The notes below the pieces were generated by a model. The model worked only from the letters and a program-made list of their open reading frames with translations, was not told where the DNA came from and did not search any database. 29,916 nucleotides of DNA from Candidatus Micrarchaeia archaeon (lineage in GTDB: Archaea; Micrarchaeota; Micrarchaeia; Micrarchaeales; CABMGC01): positions 1-29,916 of the forward strand of contig JBMFHL010000007.1 of the NCBI GenBank assembly GCA_049976845.1, in the 5' to 3' direction. The first letter of the stretch is position 1. Each line of letters starts with the position of its first letter. Shown one piece after another: positions 26,151 through 29,916 of this stretch. The position numbers were made by a program, and so were the translations under genes.

Positions 26151-27416
26151 ATGGCAGAAGAATTAGATCCTTTTGTGATAGCACAAGAACAATTTGATGA
26201 GGCCGCAGAGCTGATAGGACTAGAGCCTGCAGCGCGCGTGCTGCTCAGGGAACCGATGCAGACAGTTGAAGTAAGCATACCTACAAAAATGCGCGATAAT
26301 TCAACAAAGACCTTCAAAGGATTTAGGGTGCTCTACAATAATGCAAGAGGCCCAGGCAAAGGAGGTATAAGATTCCACCCGCAGGAAAATCTCAGCACCG
26401 TAAAGGCTCTTGCAGCATGGATGACTTGGAAAACAGCATTAGCAAACATACCTTTCGGGGGTTCTAAAGGCGGCGTAATCTGCGATACCAAGAGCATGGA
26501 TGAACGCGAAACAGAAAATCTTTCGAGAGGCTATATAAGGGCAATAAGCAGGTTCATAGGCACTGACATAGATGTGCCAGCTCCCGATGTATATACAAAC
26601 CCTCAGATAATGGCCTGGATGATGGACGAATACAGCAAGATGAAAGGCTACAATGATTTTGGCATGATAACAGGAAAGCCCCTTGAGGTCTGGGGCTCAG
26701 AGGGAAGAGGCGATTCTACGGCCATGGGTGGCATGTTCGTGATGAGAGAAGTCGCAAAATCCTTGGGCATAGACCTTAAGAAAGCAAAGATTGCTGTGCA
26801 GGGCTTCGGTAATGCGGGGATGTACGCATATACTTTGTCGAAGAAACTCTTCGGCTCAAACGTTGTAGCCATAAGCGATTCGAAAGGCGGCGTGTACAAT
26901 GAAGAAGGCCTTGATCTTGCTAAATTGAACGAGGCCAAGCAAAAAACCGGCAGTGTTGAAAACTACGAGGGTGGAGAGAGGATAACAAACGAGCAGCTTC
27001 TTGAGAGCGACGTTGACATACTTATACCAGCTGCAATAGAGAACCAGATAACAAGTAGCAATGCAGACAAGATAAGGGCAAAGGTAGTGCTCGAGCTTGC
27101 AAACGGGCCAGTCACACCAGATGCCGATAAGATACTGCTTGAAAAAGGGGTTTTAGACCTGCCTGATTTCTTGGTAAACAGCGGTGGAGTCATAGGCTCG
27201 TATTTCGAATGGGTGCAGAACATTGGCGGCTATTACTGGAGTGCGGATGAAGTTTACCAGAAGCTTGACAAGATAATAACAAAGTCATTTGTAGACACTA
27301 TGAATATGCAGAAGAGCTATTTAGACAAGGGAAAGAAAATAAGCCCGAGGAATGCCGCATATATAATCGCAATCGAAAGGGTCGCAAAAGCAATGAAGAC
27401 AAGGGGATGGTACTAA
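26151..27416 (+). CDS. gdhA: Glutamate dehydrogenase
   Basis: RGPGKGGIRFHP, MTWKTA, PFGGSKGG, DVPAPDV, ITGKP, QGFGNAG, ELANGP, GGVIGSYFEWVQN. GGTGA RBS before ATG 26151. Confidence 0.96.
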   Translation: MAEELDPFVIAQEQFDEAAELIGLEPAARVLLREPMQTVEVSIPTKMRDNSTKTFKGFRVLYNNARGPGKGGIRFHPQENLSTVKALAAWMTWKTALANIPFGGSKGGVICDTKSMDERETENLSRGYIRAISRFIGTDIDVPAPDVYTNPQIMAWMMDEYSKMKGYNDFGMITGKPLEVWGSEGRGDSTAMGGMFVMREVAKSLGIDLKKAKIAVQGFGNAGMYAYTLSKKLFGSNVVAISDSKGGVYNEEGLDLAKLNEAKQKTGSVENYEGGERITNEQLLESDVDILIPAAIENQITSSNADKIRAKVVLELANGPVTPDADKILLEKGVLDLPDFLVNSGGVIGSYFEWVQNIGGYYWSADEVYQKLDKIITKSFVDTMNMQKSYLDKGKKISPRNAAYIIAIERVAKAMKTRGWY

Positions 27417-27431
27417 TTCATCTGATTCTTT

Positions 27432-29159
27432 TTATTTTCTTTTTCTGAAGAAGTTCATAAGGTTGTCGAAATCCATTGCATTTATTATATCCTTTTTCTC
27501 TAGCCAGCCTCTTCTTGCAGTTCCAATGCCATAGCGCATGAATTCCAAATGCGATATTCTATGTGCGTCTGTGCCAATTTCAAATAGTAGATTGTATTCC
27601 ATCGCCTTCCTTATATTCTCATCGTTCAGGTCCAGCCTGTTTGGAAATGCATTGATCTCCATAATAACATCATTCTCTTTAGCCGCTTCGAAGACCTTGT
27701 CAAAGTCAAACGAGATCGGCTCACGTTCATTTATCAATCTATCTGTGGGGTGTGCAAGTATGTCTACATAGCCTGACTCTATAGCATTAACTATTCTCTT
27801 TGTCATTGATTTCATATCCATCCTAAGGCTGGTGTGTACTGCCCCTATTACATAGTCCATCTTGTCTAAAGTTTTCTCTTTCAAATCTAGCGAACCATCT
27901 TTCAATATGTCAACTTCCCCGCTTTTCAATACCTTTATATTATACCTATTTGCTACATTGTCTATGTAGTCAAAGTATCTCTCAAACTCCTCGTCATTCA
28001 TGCCGTTTGCAATGTGCTCCCCTTTGCTATGGTCAGAGAAGCCAATATAACTATAGCCCATGCCCACTGCTTTTTCTATCATCTCTTCTACGCTATTGGC
28101 CCCATCACTAAATTTTGTGTGCGTATGCAAATTGCCCTTTATATCTTCTATTTTTACAAGCTTTGGTAGTTTGTGCTCAACCGCAAGCTCCACTTCGCCT
28201 CTTGCTTCTCGCATCTCCGGCTCTATATACTGCATGCCCAGTTTCTCATAAACATCCTGCTCTGTGGCTCCTGCAACAATTTTGTCTTTTGCATCAAAAA
28301 GGCCATATTCATTAAGCTTGTACCTCTTCTTCACTGCGATTTTTCTTACTGCTATGCCGTGCTCCTTGCTTCCTGTAAAGTATTGCAGCGCAGCCCCAAA
28401 GCTTTTTTCCTCTACAACCCTTATATCACAACTCAATCCAATTTTCAGCCAAACTGTTGTTTTTGTTGGTCCTTTCACAGTAACGCTTTCAACTTCAGGC
28501 ATTGCAGATACAAAATCCATAACCTCATTGTTCTTCTCCGATGTTACTAGTATATCCAAATCCCCTACTGTTTCTCGCATCCTCCTAGTTGAACCTGCTA
28601 TAACTGCATTCTTAACGAGCCCAGAATCAAGAAGCTCCTTGATAATCCTCTCGGCTTCTGGCAGTGCATTGCCTAGCAGCATGCGCCGGCTTGTTTCATC
28701 AAGCATAGCAATGCCCTTTGCAATTTCGCTTTCGCTCTTTTCTCCAAAGCCCTCAAGCTTGCTCACCCTATGCTCAGCAATTGCCTTCTTCAAATCGTCC
28801 AAATTCTTTATACCTAGTTTTTTGTAAAGCGTATACACCCTCTTGGCTCCAAGCCCGTGTATGCTAGATAAGGTAGTGAAATCTACAGGATACCTCTTCT
28901 TGAGTTCTTCGTATTTTGCAATATTGCCTTTTTCTATAAATTCTTTTATCTTATCAGCAAGCCCTTTGCCTATGCCTGGAAGTTCCATAAGGCCATCAGT
29001 GCCTTTCCTCTTGAGTATGTCTCCAACGTCTTCCTGTAGCGTGCCTATAGTCATTGCGGCCTTCCTGTAAGCCCTTACCTCAAACGACCGTTCTTCTCCT
29101 TCAAGCTCGAGCATGTCCGCAATTTCATCGAAAATTTCTGAAATCCTCTTGTTGTACAC
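27432..29159 (-). CDS. polX: Family X DNA polymerase with C-terminal PHP domain
   Basis: RAYRKAA, LPGIG, GSTRRMRETVGDLDIL, LQYFTGSKEH, LNEYGL, YIEPEMRE; PHP motifs LHTHT, SDH, AHP, EINA, TDAH. GTG start. Confidence 0.96.
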   Translation of the reverse strand: MYNKRISEIFDEIADMLELEGEERSFEVRAYRKAAMTIGTLQEDVGDILKRKGTDGLMELPGIGKGLADKIKEFIEKGNIAKYEELKKRYPVDFTTLSSIHGLGAKRVYTLYKKLGIKNLDDLKKAIAEHRVSKLEGFGEKSESEIAKGIAMLDETSRRMLLGNALPEAERIIKELLDSGLVKNAVIAGSTRRMRETVGDLDILVTSEKNNEVMDFVSAMPEVESVTVKGPTKTTVWLKIGLSCDIRVVEEKSFGAALQYFTGSKEHGIAVRKIAVKKRYKLNEYGLFDAKDKIVAGATEQDVYEKLGMQYIEPEMREARGEVELAVEHKLPKLVKIEDIKGNLHTHTKFSDGANSVEEMIEKAVGMGYSYIGFSDHSKGEHIANGMNDEEFERYFDYIDNVANRYNIKVLKSGEVDILKDGSLDLKEKTLDKMDYVIGAVHTSLRMDMKSMTKRIVNAIESGYVDILAHPTDRLINEREPISFDFDKVFEAAKENDVIMEINAFPNRLDLNDENIRKAMEYNLLFEIGTDAHRISHLEFMRYGIGTARRGWLEKKDIINAMDFDNLMNFFRKRK

Positions 29160-29272
29160 AATAATTCATTTGATAAAAAATTAGATAAACCTTTAACCAA
29201 GGGATCAAATCCTTTTTAACAGAAAAGTATTTTAGCTTATTTATCTGTATAGTATTACCTTAGGGTGTTGCC

Positions 29273-29916
29273 ATGGATGACCTTCTCAATGCTGCGATGC
29301 AGAATGCGAATAATGATAGTGATCTATTTAAGCCAAGGATTGCAGTAGCAGGCGTTGGTGGCGGAGGGAACAATACAGTAAACAGGTTAAGTACGCTCGA
29401 CATCAAAGGCGCAAGCCTTTTTGCATTCAATACAGACTCAAAGCACCTCAATATGCTTAATCCTTCTATAAAGAAATTTGCCATAGGCTTTTCAATAACG
29501 CATGGACTTGGCGCAGGAGGCTTTCCTGATATAGGGGAAAAGGCTGCAGAGCTGTCAAGGAATGACATAGACCTTTTAATAAAGGACACAAATCTTTTGT
29601 TTCTGTGCGCAGGCATGGGCGGCGGCACAGGCACTGGCGCAGCTCCAATAGTTGCAGATGTGGCAAAGAAGAACGGCTCTATTGTAATAGGCATAGTCAC
29701 AATACCTTTCTCTCTTGAAAAAGTGAGGTTTGAGGTAGCAAGGAAGGGCATAGAAAAGCTTAGGCAGAATGTAGATACGCTGATAGTAATAGACAACCAA
29801 AAACTTGTCTCTCTGTATCCAAACCTCGGCATAGAGCAAGCATTTATGCTTGCAGACGAGATAACGGCAAGGGCTGTAAGAGGCATAACAGAAGCCATAA
29901 CACAGCCAAGCCTGAT
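29273..29916 (+). CDS. ftsZ: Cell division protein FtsZ, 3'-partial
   Basis: Translates to MDDLLN...IAVAGVGGGGNNTVNRL...AFNTD...HGLGAGG...CAGMGGGTGTGAAP...TIPFSLE...VIDNQKL. Absent from the ORF track because it runs off the window. GGTG-N5-ATG RBS. Confidence 0.96.
   Translation, partial: MDDLLNAAMQNANNDSDLFKPRIAVAGVGGGGNNTVNRLSTLDIKGASLFAFNTDSKHLNMLNPSIKKFAIGFSITHGLGAGGFPDIGEKAAELSRNDIDLLIKDTNLLFLCAGMGGGTGTGAAPIVADVAKKNGSIVIGIVTIPFSLEKVRFEVARKGIEKLRQNVDTLIVIDNQKLVSLYPNLGIEQAFMLADEITARAVRGITEAITQPSL

Noticed and set aside
29195..29230. GGGATCAAATCC resembling a tRNA T-arm
   Set aside because: No acceptor, D or anticodon arms. It lies in the AT-rich polX/ftsZ divergent promoter region.
29260..29898. 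212-aa minus-strand ORF
   Set aside because: Antisense shadow of ftsZ on the plus strand.

Overview
Archaeal chromosome segment with no rRNA, tRNA or CRISPR array that I could recognise. It is most consistent with a DPANN (Micrarchaeota-like) genome, inferred from archaeal alaS, carS, aMBF1, FEN1, aIF-1A, aIF-2beta, eS26 and ftsZ plus Q-x-x-x-E-Y class III signal-peptide surface proteins. Most of the window is housekeeping. An accessory patch at about 10.6-14.5 kb holds a pilin-like adhesin with a Cys-rich tip, a decayed IS5-family element and a 5'-truncated GT-C-like membrane protein. The most unusual features are: (1) a Pho84/PHS-type MFS phosphate:H+ symporter fused in frame to a complete DUF47/PhoU-like domain, facing a second DUF47 gene and a non-canonical PiT gene, which may form an undescribed phosphate-sensing/transport module; (2) two pilin-like proteins that share an N-terminal domain but carry unrelated C-terminal domains; (3) a eukaryote-like EXO5 Fe-S exonuclease coupled to alaS-carS; (4) an unannotated 36-aa highly basic ORF resembling eL41/eS32; (5) several apparent pseudo-enzymes; (6) a tight GGTG-N5-start spacing that points to possible AUA initiation in two genes. 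All family assignments come from motif recognition by eye; no database searches were run.
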